A stretch of 64,000 nucleotides of DNA from Longimicrobiales bacterium (GTDB taxonomy: Bacteria; Gemmatimonadota; Gemmatimonadetes; Longimicrobiales; Gaopeijiaceae). Positions 49,447-58,945 of this stretch are shown in pieces. Every line of letters begins with the position of its first letter. Position 1 is the stretch's first letter. The DNA is taken from positions 64,001-128,000 of the forward strand of contig CBDCNQ010000001.1 of assembly GCA_965219445.1 (NCBI GenBank), written 5' to 3'. The position numbers and the translations under genes were made by a program. Under the pieces are notes generated by a model, which was not told the DNA's origin, searched no databases, and saw nothing but the letters and a program-made list of their open reading frames with translations.

Positions 49447-50763
49447 ATGCCGAGTTTCGGGTCCAGAACCGGGGATTGGCTGCCATGCGAGGAGGCGCTC
49501 GAACGTGTTCTCAGCCGCTCCTATCCCCTCCCCTCCGAGGTCGTACCCCTCGAGGAGACGCTGGGTCGCGCGCTGACACAAGACGTCCTGGCGCCCTCGC
49601 AACTTCCTCCCTGGGACAACAGCGCCATGGACGGATACGCCGTTCGAGGCGACGACGTGGCCGGAGCCACGAAGGAACACCCGGCTGTCCTGACGGTCAC
49701 CGGCGTGGTCCACGCCGGAACCCGCTTCGAGGGCACTGTCGGCCCTGCCGAAGCCGTAAGAATCATGACAGGGGGGGAGGTCCCGGACGGTGCCGACACG
49801 GTGATTCGGGTCGAGGACACCGATCGAGAAGATAACGACACCGGAAACCTTCAGATCCACTCCGACCGGGATCGAGGTCGCCATGTTCGACCGGCAGGGC
49901 AGGATTGGCCCGAGGGCGCCATCGCCCTGGAGTCCGGGACTGGACTCGGTCCCGGGCAGATCGCCGTGTTGGCTGCGGCCCGCGTATCGATGGTCTCGGT
50001 CCGCCGTCGACCCAGGGTCGCCATCCTGGCGAGCGGAAATGAACTCGTCGACCTCCATAGCCCGTCCCTCGATCCCCACGGAATCCCAGAAAGCAATAGT
50101 CACTATGTGTCCGCCGCCGTTCACGCGGCCGGTGGGACGCCCGTGCGCCTGGGCATCGCGAGGGACGACCGGGAAGACATTCAGCAACACGTCGCCGGAG
50201 CGGCAAACGCCGACGTGCTCGTGACTCTGGGTGGGGCCTCCATGGGGGAGCACGACCTCTTCAAGACCGTCCTCGAAGACCTCGGCCTGGAGTTGGACTT
50301 CTGGCGAGTGAGGATCCGGCCGGGAAGCCCCGTGAGCTTCGGGGTTTTGCCTGTAGCGGATGGTGGCGCACAGGCGGTTTTCGGACTCCCGGGTAACCCG
50401 GCGTCCACGTTCGTGACCTTCGAGCTCTTTGTCCGGCCCTTCCTGCTGGCGCTAGGGGGCCACGCTCGGGTCGGCCGACCGACAGTCTCGGCGCTGGCGA
50501 CAGAAGATCTCACAACGGCGGAGGCCCTCTCCGGATTTCTGCGGGTGCGCCTTAGCGGCTCGGGTGCCGAACTCGAGGCCTCGCTTACCGGTCCTCAGGG
50601 CTCCGGGCTCGTTGGGAGTCTTGGTGCGGCGGACGGGCTGGCGATGATCCCGGCGGGAGTGATGGTGATCCCCCGTGGAGCGCCGGTCGATGTGATGCTC
50701 CTCGACGACGCTCGCGGCTTCTCTTTCACACCCCCGGCCACAAGCGGACAGACTGCGGAATGA
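49447..50763 (+). CDS. moeA: Molybdopterin molybdotransferase
   Basis: PPWDNSAMDGYAV, RIMTG, SGNEL, GGASMG, FGLPGNP. Confidence 0.95.
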   Translation: MPSFGSRTGDWLPCEEALERVLSRSYPLPSEVVPLEETLGRALTQDVLAPSQLPPWDNSAMDGYAVRGDDVAGATKEHPAVLTVTGVVHAGTRFEGTVGPAEAVRIMTGGEVPDGADTVIRVEDTDREDNDTGNLQIHSDRDRGRHVRPAGQDWPEGAIALESGTGLGPGQIAVLAAARVSMVSVRRRPRVAILASGNELVDLHSPSLDPHGIPESNSHYVSAAVHAAGGTPVRLGIARDDREDIQQHVAGAANADVLVTLGGASMGEHDLFKTVLEDLGLELDFWRVRIRPGSPVSFGVLPVADGGAQAVFGLPGNPASTFVTFELFVRPFLLALGGHARVGRPTVSALATEDLTTAEALSGFLRVRLSGSGAELEASLTGPQGSGLVGSLGAADGLAMIPAGVMVIPRGAPVDVMLLDDARGFSFTPPATSGQTAE

Positions 50764-51212
50764 TCCGGCCCTCCGGACGAATGCTCGCAGCGATGACGGT
50801 GCTCGGAATGATTGGATGCGGGCTTCCCCGTTGGCCGGTCGAGGCGCCCCTCATCACGCCATTCGGAGTCCGATGGGAGTCCGGCGGCCCGACCATCCAT
50901 AGGGGCGTCGATATCGTCGCGCCCACCGGCACGCCCGTGTACGCCATGTCGAGGGGAGAGGTGCGCTTCGCCGGCACGATGACCGACTTCGGACTCGTGG
51001 TCTGGATCGATCACGGAGACGAGATTCTCTCGATCTACGCGCACCTATCCGAGATTCTGGTGGTCGAGGGCGAAGCCGTCACGAGGGATGAGCCCGTGGG
51101 GTTGAGCGGTCAGTCGGGAAATGCGACGGGACCGCATCTGCATTTCGAGATCCGGGGTCGCGGCCATCAGGTGGACCCTGTCGTAATGCTTGGGGGCCCT
51201 TCTGGGTCGTGA
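50760..51212 (+). CDS. M23 family metallopeptidase lipoprotein
   Basis: HRGVD, YAHL, TGPHLHFE. Confidence 0.92.
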   Translation: MIRPSGRMLAAMTVLGMIGCGLPRWPVEAPLITPFGVRWESGGPTIHRGVDIVAPTGTPVYAMSRGEVRFAGTMTDFGLVVWIDHGDEILSIYAHLSEILVVEGEAVTRDEPVGLSGQSGNATGPHLHFEIRGRGHQVDPVVMLGGPSGS

Positions 51213-51259
51213 CGATCGGAGGGCACTCGGGCCTACGGCTACTCCTTCGACAGCCGTCT

Positions 51260-52244
51260 CTACCCCTCGGTGCGTAGGGCCGCGATCTCCACGGTGAGCC
51301 GGGGGAGGATCTCGAACACGTCACCCACGATACCGTAATCTGCCATCGCAAAGATGGGTGCGTCGGGATCCTTGTTTATGGCGACGATAGTTTGAGAAGT
51401 TCTCATTCCGGCGAGGTGCTGGATGGCCCCCGAAATGCCAACCGCGAAGTAGAGTCTCGGAGCGACGGTCTTGCCCGTCTGACCCACCTGTTCGGCGTGA
51501 GGCCGCCATCCCGCGTCTACGACGGCCCTGGAGGCGCCCAACGCGGCTCCGGGGCCGAGTGCGTCTCTCAGATCCTCGAGGAGACTCCAATGCCGCTCCC
51601 TTCATGCCCCGTCCACCCGAAACGATCACGCTCGCCTCCGAAACGTCGAGAGGCCCGCTCTGCGCGGCCTGAAGGTCGACAATCCGCGTCCGCATACTGC
51701 CAGGAATGGCCGCGGTGAAGAGCTCGGTCCTTCCGGCGGCCTGAGATCCGTTCGTATTGAAGGCGTTCGGCCTCAAGGAAAGGACGGCCGGAGATGCCTC
51801 GAATCCGACCCGAGTTATCGCCTTCCCACCATAGATGGGCCGTATTCCAATGAGCCTACCACCGTCCGTCTCCAGATGGGTCACATCGGAGGCGAGGGGG
51901 GCATCGACCAGAGCCGCCACGCGGGGAGCGAGGTCCTTTCCGAGCGCCGTCGCAGCAAAGAGAACCGCGGCGTACCGGTGTGAACTGACTACCTCCGCGA
52001 TCACATCCGCATGAGTCTCGGGCGAACAGCCCTCCAGAGCAGGGTCCTCAACAACGCGCACGACCTCCGCTCCGAAGTGCCCCAAGTCACCTGCATGTTC
52101 TCCAATCCCGGCTCCACCGAGGAGCAGGGCGTGGGCCATGCCGCCCAGCCCTTCGGCGACCGTTGCGGCCACCGTGACCACCTCGTTTGCCACGGGACGG
52201 ATTTTTCCACCTCTCTGCTCCGCAACCGCGAGCACATCGCCCAT
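51260..52244 (-). pseudogene. etfA: Electron transfer flavoprotein alpha subunit, frameshifted near 51593
   Basis: Frame 1 runs to [46 protein letters not shown] continues in another frame. Confidence 0.88.
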
Positions 52245-52627
52245 GTCATCCCTCCAGTCGCTAGAGGACGTTCGCCTCTTCGCGAAGCAGCCGAACCAAC
52301 TCGGGCACCGATTCAGCACCCTCTCCGAGGATTCGTCCTTCCGCCCGCTCCGGCGGATAATCGAGCCGCTCGATCGTGAGTCGGGCGTCAGGAAGATCGA
52401 CGTCCTTCATTTCGAGCGCTTTCTTCTTCGCGGCCATGATTCCCTTGAGCGACGGGTACCGTAACTCGAACGCTCCCTTCGTAAGGGTCACAACCGCCGG
52501 AAGGTCCAGTTCCACCACCTCCGTACCCCCCTCCACGGCGCGGTCACACCTTAGCCCTCTCTGCCAACTTACGTGAGACACGGAGCAGCTAAGGAATTAG
52601 AGTAGGGCGAAGGCAGAGAAACCGAGG

Positions 52628-53077
52628 ATGCTGAGACACCGAGAGAGAATGAAAGAGAATGGAATAGCCCCACCAACCTGGGACGGTAAGCGAAGCGCGG
52701 CAGCTCCTGCGGACTCGGAGGTGGTAGATAGGCCGCTGCGCCGGCGGTTCGCTCCGTCGTACAAGCTGCGGATCGTCGAAGAAGCGGACCGGTGCACGGA
52801 GCCCGGAGAGGTTGGCCGACTCCTACGGCGGGAGGGCTTGTACTCGTCGCACCTGACGACATGGCGCAAGGCGGCGCATAGCGGGTCCCTGAAAGCGCTG
52901 TCGAAGAAACGAGGCCGTAAGCGCGAGCGCAATCCGCTGGAGGAGAAGGTGCGCAAGCTGGAGCGCGAGAACACTCGCCTCGAGAAGGAGCTCCAGAAGG
53001 CGCACTTGATCATCGACGTCCAGGGAAAAGTTGCAGGGCTGCTGGGATTGAGCCTCGAGGACGGGACGAACTCATGA
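52628..53077 (+). CDS. IS3-family OrfA
   Basis: Identical protein to 42214..42663. Confidence 0.92.
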   Translation: MLRHRERMKENGIAPPTWDGKRSAAAPADSEVVDRPLRRRFAPSYKLRIVEEADRCTEPGEVGRLLRREGLYSSHLTTWRKAAHSGSLKALSKKRGRKRERNPLEEKVRKLERENTRLEKELQKAHLIIDVQGKVAGLLGLSLEDGTNS

Positions 53078-54081
53078 AGGCGACCCAGGAGCTAGCCAAG
53101 CACGTAGGGGTGAAGCCCGCGTGCGATGCGCTCAGGGTGCCGCGAGCCACGTTCTACCGTCGTCGGAGTGCATCGACCGGGCATCAGCAGCCCCGCCCGA
53201 CCCCCGCCCGGGCCTTAAGTGAGAGGGAGCGGGACAAGATTTTCGACACCCTGTGTTCGGAGCGGTTCGTGGACCGGTCCCCAGCCGAGGTGGTGGCGAC
53301 GCTGCTCGACGAGGACGTCTACCTGTGCAGCGAGCGTACGATGTATCGCGTTCTGGCTTCCCAGGTGCCGGTTCAGGAGCGTCGAGCGCAGCGGAGTCAT
53401 CCCAAATACCAGAAGCCCGAGTTGATGGCGAGGGGCCCGAACCAGGTCTGGTCCTGGGATATCACCCGGCTGCTGGGGCCGAAGAAGTGGAGTTACTTCT
53501 ACCTCTACGTGATCCTGGACATCTTCAGCCGCTACGTCGTGGGATGGATGGTGGCGGATCGGGAGAACTCTGCCCTGGCCAGCCGGCTGATCCAGCAGAG
53601 TTGCTTGAAGCATGGCGTCCAGCCCCACCTCCTGACCCTGCATTCCGATCGAGGGGCTCCGATGACGAGCCAATGCACGGCTCAACTACTCGCCGATCTC
53701 GGCGTGACCCGCTCGTTGGGCCGACCCCAGGTCTCGGATGACAATCCGTTCTCCGAGGCTCAGTTCAAGACCTTGAAGTACCATCCCTCGTTTCCCGGCC
53801 GGTTCGGGGATCAGGGGCAAGCCAAGACCTTCTGTCGCTCGTTCTTCCGTTGGTATAATGCCGAGCACCGCCATGGCGGCATCTCGATGCTGACCCCCGA
53901 ACAGGTCCACTTCGGTCACGCCGATCGGATCATCGCCTGCAGGAAGGCCGTGCTCCGTGAGGCATGGGCCGCTCATCCCGAGCGCTTCGTCTCCGGTGAG
54001 CCGAAGCCTAAACCACTCCCGGAGGCCGTCTGGATCAATCCTCCCACCCCATCCCTCACGACACAGGAGATTGCTCTCTAA
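53074..54081 (+). CDS. IS3-family OrfB DDE transposase
   Basis: Identical protein to 42660..43667. Confidence 0.95.
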   Translation: MKATQELAKHVGVKPACDALRVPRATFYRRRSASTGHQQPRPTPARALSERERDKIFDTLCSERFVDRSPAEVVATLLDEDVYLCSERTMYRVLASQVPVQERRAQRSHPKYQKPELMARGPNQVWSWDITRLLGPKKWSYFYLYVILDIFSRYVVGWMVADRENSALASRLIQQSCLKHGVQPHLLTLHSDRGAPMTSQCTAQLLADLGVTRSLGRPQVSDDNPFSEAQFKTLKYHPSFPGRFGDQGQAKTFCRSFFRWYNAEHRHGGISMLTPEQVHFGHADRIIACRKAVLREAWAAHPERFVSGEPKPKPLPEAVWINPPTPSLTTQEIAL

Positions 54082-54621
54082 TTGATTTCCAAGAGTGTCT
54101 CACTGGCGTTGACAGGTTCCGCCCTCTCTGCCACCTCGAAGCTCGTGACGTTCGACGCACATGGGCAACCGAGCAACGTCGCCACCATCGGGCCCACCTG
54201 CTGCTGATCGTCGTCTGCCGCCTTCACGCCGAAGAGCACGAGCCGCTCCTCCCGAGTCTCCAGCTCCGCCGTCAACGCCTTGGCCGTGGCCAGCCCGTCC
54301 ATGGTCACCGACCCCTGCACCCTCACAGCCGCATCGGCCCCGGCCGCAAGGGCCGCTCGGAGCGTCTCCCGGGAATCCTCGTTACCGAGCGTCATCACGG
54401 TGACCTGCCCCCCCTCGCCGGCCTCGCTTGCGCGGAGGGCGGCTTCGAGCGCGAACTCGTCGTAGGGACTCACGATATACTTGACCCCCTCGGGCTCGAT
54501 CACCGTTGCCCCATTAGAAAAGCGAACGCGTGTTTCGGTATCTGGCACCCGCTTCACGCAGACGATGATATCCAACTTCGTTCACTCCATTTGGTTGCAA
54601 TACAACGACTTGGAAACGAAC

Positions 54622-55293
54622 CTATCCGGCGGACCCGGGCCGCTGAAGCGGCTGGCACCGGCGCGCGTGGGACACGGCCGCGCTCCCTCGAACACAAAAG
54701 CGAAGAGGCCAGTCCTGAGCCCGGCTGACACCGACGCGGGGGCACTCGTCGATCGACTCGGGCGGCGTCGGCCAGCCCGGAAGAAGCCTCAGCGGAGGCG
54801 ACGAGAAGTCATGTCCATCCAAGGCATCGGTGATTCCGAACGCCTGCCCTACACGCCCGGGGCCCGAGGTCAGATCCCGCTCGCGGCCTCTCCGAGCAGC
54901 CATGACGTCAAAGCCCTCGATCGGATCGACGGCCCGTAGGAGCACTGCACAGGGATCACCGATCGCGCCAGTAACGACGTTCAGACACCAATGGATGCCA
55001 TAGCTCAGGTACACGTAAGCACTTCCTGGTGGCCCGAACATGGAAGCGTTGCGTCGCGTCCGACCGATATGAGCCGCTGCGTGGGAAGCAGGATCGTCCC
55101 GCCCCATGTAAGCCTCGACCTCGACAATGATGCCTGTCGCTCGTCGCCCGTCGACGGTCGACACGAGTCGTGCGCCAAGTAGATCGGGGGCTACGCTCTG
55201 AGCAGGGCGGTCGAAGAACGTGCGGTCGAACGTACCCCGCCTGGGCGTGCCGCTCCAGGGGGCGGGCGGCAACACCCCAGGCGAGGCCTGCAT
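54622..55293 (-). CDS. mpg: DNA-3-methyladenine glycosylase (AAG/MPG family)
   Basis: IVEVEAY, DPASH, MFGPPGSAYVYLSYGIHWCLNVV, AVLLRA, GPGR, PRVGV. Confidence 0.93.
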   Translation of the reverse strand: MQASPGVLPPAPWSGTPRRGTFDRTFFDRPAQSVAPDLLGARLVSTVDGRRATGIIVEVEAYMGRDDPASHAAAHIGRTRRNASMFGPPGSAYVYLSYGIHWCLNVVTGAIGDPCAVLLRAVDPIEGFDVMAARRGRERDLTSGPGRVGQAFGITDALDGHDFSSPPLRLLPGWPTPPESIDECPRVGVSRAQDWPLRFCVRGSAAVSHARRCQPLQRPGSAG

Positions 55294-55307
55294 GTCAGGC
55301 GTCAGCC

Positions 55308-57155
55308 CTACTCGTCGGAACCGGAGGAAGGCGGACGCCTTGGACCTCGTCGGGTCCTACGTCGAGCCCCACCGGACCTGGGCGCCGGAGCCGAGGAAGA
55401 GGAAGATGAAGAGAAAGAGTCGAGTGCCGGTGCCGAGAACGAGGAAGAATCCACAGACTCTCTCACCAGGGCGGGCTCCGACCCGCTATCCGGTTCTGAC
55501 GCGACCTCTTGTTCACTTTGTTCACTCCGGGACTTCTCGGACCGGCGTTCGAAGTCGGCTCTCCATTCGGCCAGCACTTGAGGCGCGCGGCGGGGGACGA
55601 TCTCGGCCACCCGCCCGGGCTCGTTCTCGAACACGAGGAAGACATCCGCCCCGAAGGCCTCAACCAAGGATTCGGCCGTCTTCTTGCCGACCCCTCCGTA
55701 AGAGTTTGTCAGATAGCTGACGATCGCCTTCTCGCTCGTGGGCAAACCGAGGCCGCCCACATCGATACGGGTTCGGGCCGGGGAGCGATCAGGCGGTCCA
55801 CCGGCCTTGCCCACGATCTGACCATCGAGAAGCATGGGGCCGTCCTTTTCTTTACGACCTCCGGAGCCTCCGCGGGGACCTAGTCGCCCAGCCCATTCGC
55901 CTCCCCCACGTGACGGTGCATCCTGGATTGCCACGGACGGCGAACCCGTAGCCTGGGAGTCCGCAAGTGATACGCGGTAGTTGCCCATCGCCGTCTTTTC
56001 GAGGGAGATCACGTCGTGCTCCTCCGCCTGCAGAAGGAACCGGCTGAATTTACCGAAGCCCAGCTCCCCTTCATCGAAGCCCGCGTCGGCCTCCAACATC
56101 TTTCGTTTGACGTCCGAGTCGCGAGCCGAATTTTTCCCGGCTTCCTTGAGTCTCTGAAGGCACCGAACCATCAGGTCGTAGGCCGAACGGAGCGGCTCGG
56201 CATCCAATGCTCCCGCCTGGCTTGAAACCTCGGGGCCTTCCCTGGCCTCCCCTGGTGTAGTCTCCGGCGCCTCGTCATCCCCGACCTTGTCGCCCCGCCG
56301 GGCCCTCACCGGCCTACCCCTTCGTGAGGGCGGGCGGCTCCGCTCCTTGCCTTCTCTCGTGGCTGCCGAATCGTCAGCCGAGCTCCGAGGGGAGCCAGCC
56401 CGAACCTCGTACTGTCCATTTTCGAGCTTGTGAAGCCGGACAAGACCACGATGGGCGGCCTCAGCGACGAACTTTGAAAATTTGCTAAAACCGAAGTTTC
56501 CCTCACTGAACCGTCCGTCGAGTTCCAACATGACCTGCTTGAGGCGGTCGGATCGCATGACGTCACCCCGGGTGGTCATACGGCTCACGGCCTTCTCCAC
56601 GAGATCCCACGGATCATTCGCACTATGGCCAGTTTCCGTGGTCTTTCGAAGTCCGGTGAGGCTCGTGTAGGAGTAGTATTCGTCGCAGTTCTGAACCAGA
56701 ATGTCCGAGCTGGACTCCTGGATCCCCACACCGATCACATACTTTCCATATTCCTTGAGTTTCAGGACCAAGCTCGAAAAATCGGAGTCACCGGTGAGGA
56801 GAATGAAAGTGCCGATCTCTGGGCGGATGAAAACCAGTTCCACCCCGTCGATCGCCATCCGGATGTCCGTCGCGTTTTTCTTCGAACTCCCGTACGCGGG
56901 TGCGAAGATCAGGTCCACCGACGCCTCGGAAAGCGGGACGATATACTGGGGATAACGCCGCCAGTCGGCGTACGCCCGCTGGACGGTCACCTTCCCGCGG
57001 ATGACGTCCGATTGGAGTAGGCTCTTCAGTTCCTTGGAGAGATCACTACGCATCCCCATCGTGACGTTATCGAAGTCGATGAGGAGGGCGGCCTTGGGAG
57101 CATCGGCCGGTGCTCCGGACCCCTCTACATGAGGGGCCTGAGTGTACTGATTCAT
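55308..57155 (-). CDS. NYN (LabA/DUF88) nuclease with two LOTUS/OST-HTH domains and a C-terminal HhH domain
   Basis: IDFDN, RAYADW, KNATDIRMAID, TGDSDF; FSEGNFGFSKFSKFV and FDEGELGFGKFSRFL; GVGKKTAESLV. Confidence 0.85.
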   Translation of the reverse strand: MNQYTQAPHVEGSGAPADAPKAALLIDFDNVTMGMRSDLSKELKSLLQSDVIRGKVTVQRAYADWRRYPQYIVPLSEASVDLIFAPAYGSSKKNATDIRMAIDGVELVFIRPEIGTFILLTGDSDFSSLVLKLKEYGKYVIGVGIQESSSDILVQNCDEYYSYTSLTGLRKTTETGHSANDPWDLVEKAVSRMTTRGDVMRSDRLKQVMLELDGRFSEGNFGFSKFSKFVAEAAHRGLVRLHKLENGQYEVRAGSPRSSADDSAATREGKERSRPPSRRGRPVRARRGDKVGDDEAPETTPGEAREGPEVSSQAGALDAEPLRSAYDLMVRCLQRLKEAGKNSARDSDVKRKMLEADAGFDEGELGFGKFSRFLLQAEEHDVISLEKTAMGNYRVSLADSQATGSPSVAIQDAPSRGGGEWAGRLGPRGGSGGRKEKDGPMLLDGQIVGKAGGPPDRSPARTRIDVGGLGLPTSEKAIVSYLTNSYGGVGKKTAESLVEAFGADVFLVFENEPGRVAEIVPRRAPQVLAEWRADFERRSEKSRSEQSEQEVASEPDSGSEPALVRESVDSSSFSAPALDSFSSSSSSSAPAPRSGGARRRTRRGPRRPPSSGSDE

Positions 57156-57293
57156 TGTTTTTCTTCTCGCGAAAATTGTGGCCGGCCGCACTCGCGAGAC
57201 CTCCCCACTCGTGCCAGTCCTCCGCGCCGCGCTGCGACGTCTCGGATCTGGAAGGAGTCAGGGGGGTCGCTGCTCAAAGTGCCCGGCGATCCT

Positions 57294-58943
57294 TCATGTC
57301 TTTGGTTCTGCGTGCGCCGCTCGAATGAGGCGCGACAACTCCCCCCGTTGGACCCTTCCGGTTCCCGTCAGCGGGAATTCGTCCATGAACTGGACGACGT
57401 CGGGTACTTTGTAGGCGGCGAGTGTGACCGAGCACCAATCTTGAATCTCCGGGCCGGTCACGATGGCACCCTCCTCCGGGAGGACGCACGCGCAGATGGC
57501 CTCTCCCAAAAGCTCGTCCGGGACTCCAGCCACCATGGCCTCACGTATCGCCGGATGCGATTGAAGTCGATCCTCAACCTCCCGGGGGTAAACGTTTGAA
57601 CCACTACGAATGATAACCTCTTTCTTACGGCCAACCAAATGGATGAAGCCCTCTTCGTCCTCCATCCCCAGGTCGCCTGTAAGGAAGTACCCGTCTCGGT
57701 CGAGCGAATCGGATGTGTCCCGTGGTTGCCGGTAATACCCGCGCATGACACCTGGACCGCCGACCGCGATCTCGCCCACGCTCTCCACCGGCAACTCGGC
57801 CCCATCCGGGTCCACGATCCGGACGACATTGTTCTCCAGGGGCCGCCCGACCGTGAAGATACGCTTCGCCACCGGATCCTCCGGCCTCGTGACGCATACG
57901 GTCGAGGACGTTTCAGTGAGAGAGTATGCGATCAAAAGCTCGGGGCAGATGTTTTCCTGTACCGCCTTCACGAGTTCGTCGGAAACGGGTGCTCCCGCCG
58001 TCAAGCCACGGCGAAGAGAGGCGAGATCTCTTGGGGCCTTCGTCTGCTCGCGGAGCTCTGCGACGAACAGCGTCGGTACCCCATAATGGACTGTCGCCCG
58101 GTGACGCTCCACGAGGTCCAAAGCCCCCGCCGGTCCAAATTCATCCTGGAGAACGAGCGCCGCCCCCGACAAGAGGGACCCGAGGATTCCCGGCCCGAGC
58201 CCGAAAACGTGAAACAAGGCCATAATACCCACGACGCGATCATCTCCGCACAGCCCTAGAGCATCCGCCGTACTTCCCGCTACCTGCAAGAGATTGGAGT
58301 GCGTCAGCTCGACGCCCTTGGGCTTCCCGGTGGTGCCGGCCGTGTACACGATGGCGAAAAGTTCGCCGGCCGACGGTGGTGACGTGGCGGAGTAGTCCCG
58401 TCCCCCTCCGGCAGAGAGCAGATCCTCGAACTGGAAGACGCGATCATCGTACCAGAGATCCTCCTTACCCACCGTAATGAGGTACTGGAAGTCCGGAAGC
58501 TGAACCAACAGCTCCTCGAAGAGTTGGAGGAAATCGACGTCTTCGAGGGTTTCCGCGGTAATCGCCGCCACCGCCTCGGAATGGCGGAGGGTGTAGCGCA
58601 GATCGTCGGCCGTCAGTTTCGGATTCAATGGCACCAGGACGGCCCCTAACTTGGCCACCGCGAACATTGAGATGACGAACTCCGGCCATGACGGCATGAC
58701 AACAGCCACGCGATCCCCGGACTCGATGCCCAGACTATGAAGCGACGCGGCCAAGGCCTCCGCACGACTCTCCAGCTGCCCAAATGTGACGGACTCGTCT
58801 CCGTGGATCAGGAAGACCCCTTCCGGATCTGTCGTGGCCCGTGATGCTAGGGCGGCCGGCAGCGTAAGATCAGCCGATCGTCCTCCGACCGGCCCGACCC
58901 GCTTCGACTTGTCTGGTACCGGATCCGAATCCAAGGCTTTCAC
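57294..58943 (-). CDS. Class I adenylate-forming enzyme (acyl-CoA ligase)
   Basis: [36 protein letters not shown]. Confidence 0.9.
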   Translation of the reverse strand: MKALDSDPVPDKSKRVGPVGGRSADLTLPAALASRATTDPEGVFLIHGDESVTFGQLESRAEALAASLHSLGIESGDRVAVVMPSWPEFVISMFAVAKLGAVLVPLNPKLTADDLRYTLRHSEAVAAITAETLEDVDFLQLFEELLVQLPDFQYLITVGKEDLWYDDRVFQFEDLLSAGGGRDYSATSPPSAGELFAIVYTAGTTGKPKGVELTHSNLLQVAGSTADALGLCGDDRVVGIMALFHVFGLGPGILGSLLSGAALVLQDEFGPAGALDLVERHRATVHYGVPTLFVAELREQTKAPRDLASLRRGLTAGAPVSDELVKAVQENICPELLIAYSLTETSSTVCVTRPEDPVAKRIFTVGRPLENNVVRIVDPDGAELPVESVGEIAVGGPGVMRGYYRQPRDTSDSLDRDGYFLTGDLGMEDEEGFIHLVGRKKEVIIRSGSNVYPREVEDRLQSHPAIREAMVAGVPDELLGEAICACVLPEEGAIVTGPEIQDWCSVTLAAYKVPDVVQFMDEFPLTGTGRVQRGELSRLIRAAHAEPKT

Positions 58944-58945
58944 GT

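Larger units (their letters stand above)
52555..54121 (+). mobile_element. IS3-family insertion sequence, copy 2
   Basis: Identical translations and ends to copy 1 at offset 10414. Confidence 0.95.
52261..54575 (-). pseudogene. etfB: Electron transfer flavoprotein beta subunit split by an IS3-family element
   Basis: N-part VCVKRVPDTE..PYDEFALE (54575-54122); C-part RAVEGG..LPAVV..RYPSLKGIMAAKKK (52554-52261). Confidence 0.92.

Noticed and set aside
42141..54121. Composite transposon formed by the two direct IS copies
   Set aside because: Each copy has both halves of its own interrupted gene beside it, so these are independent insertions; the enclosed genes look native
57200..57217. TGGCAC upstream of the NYN gene as a sigma54 promoter
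   Set aside because: No GC at the -12 position
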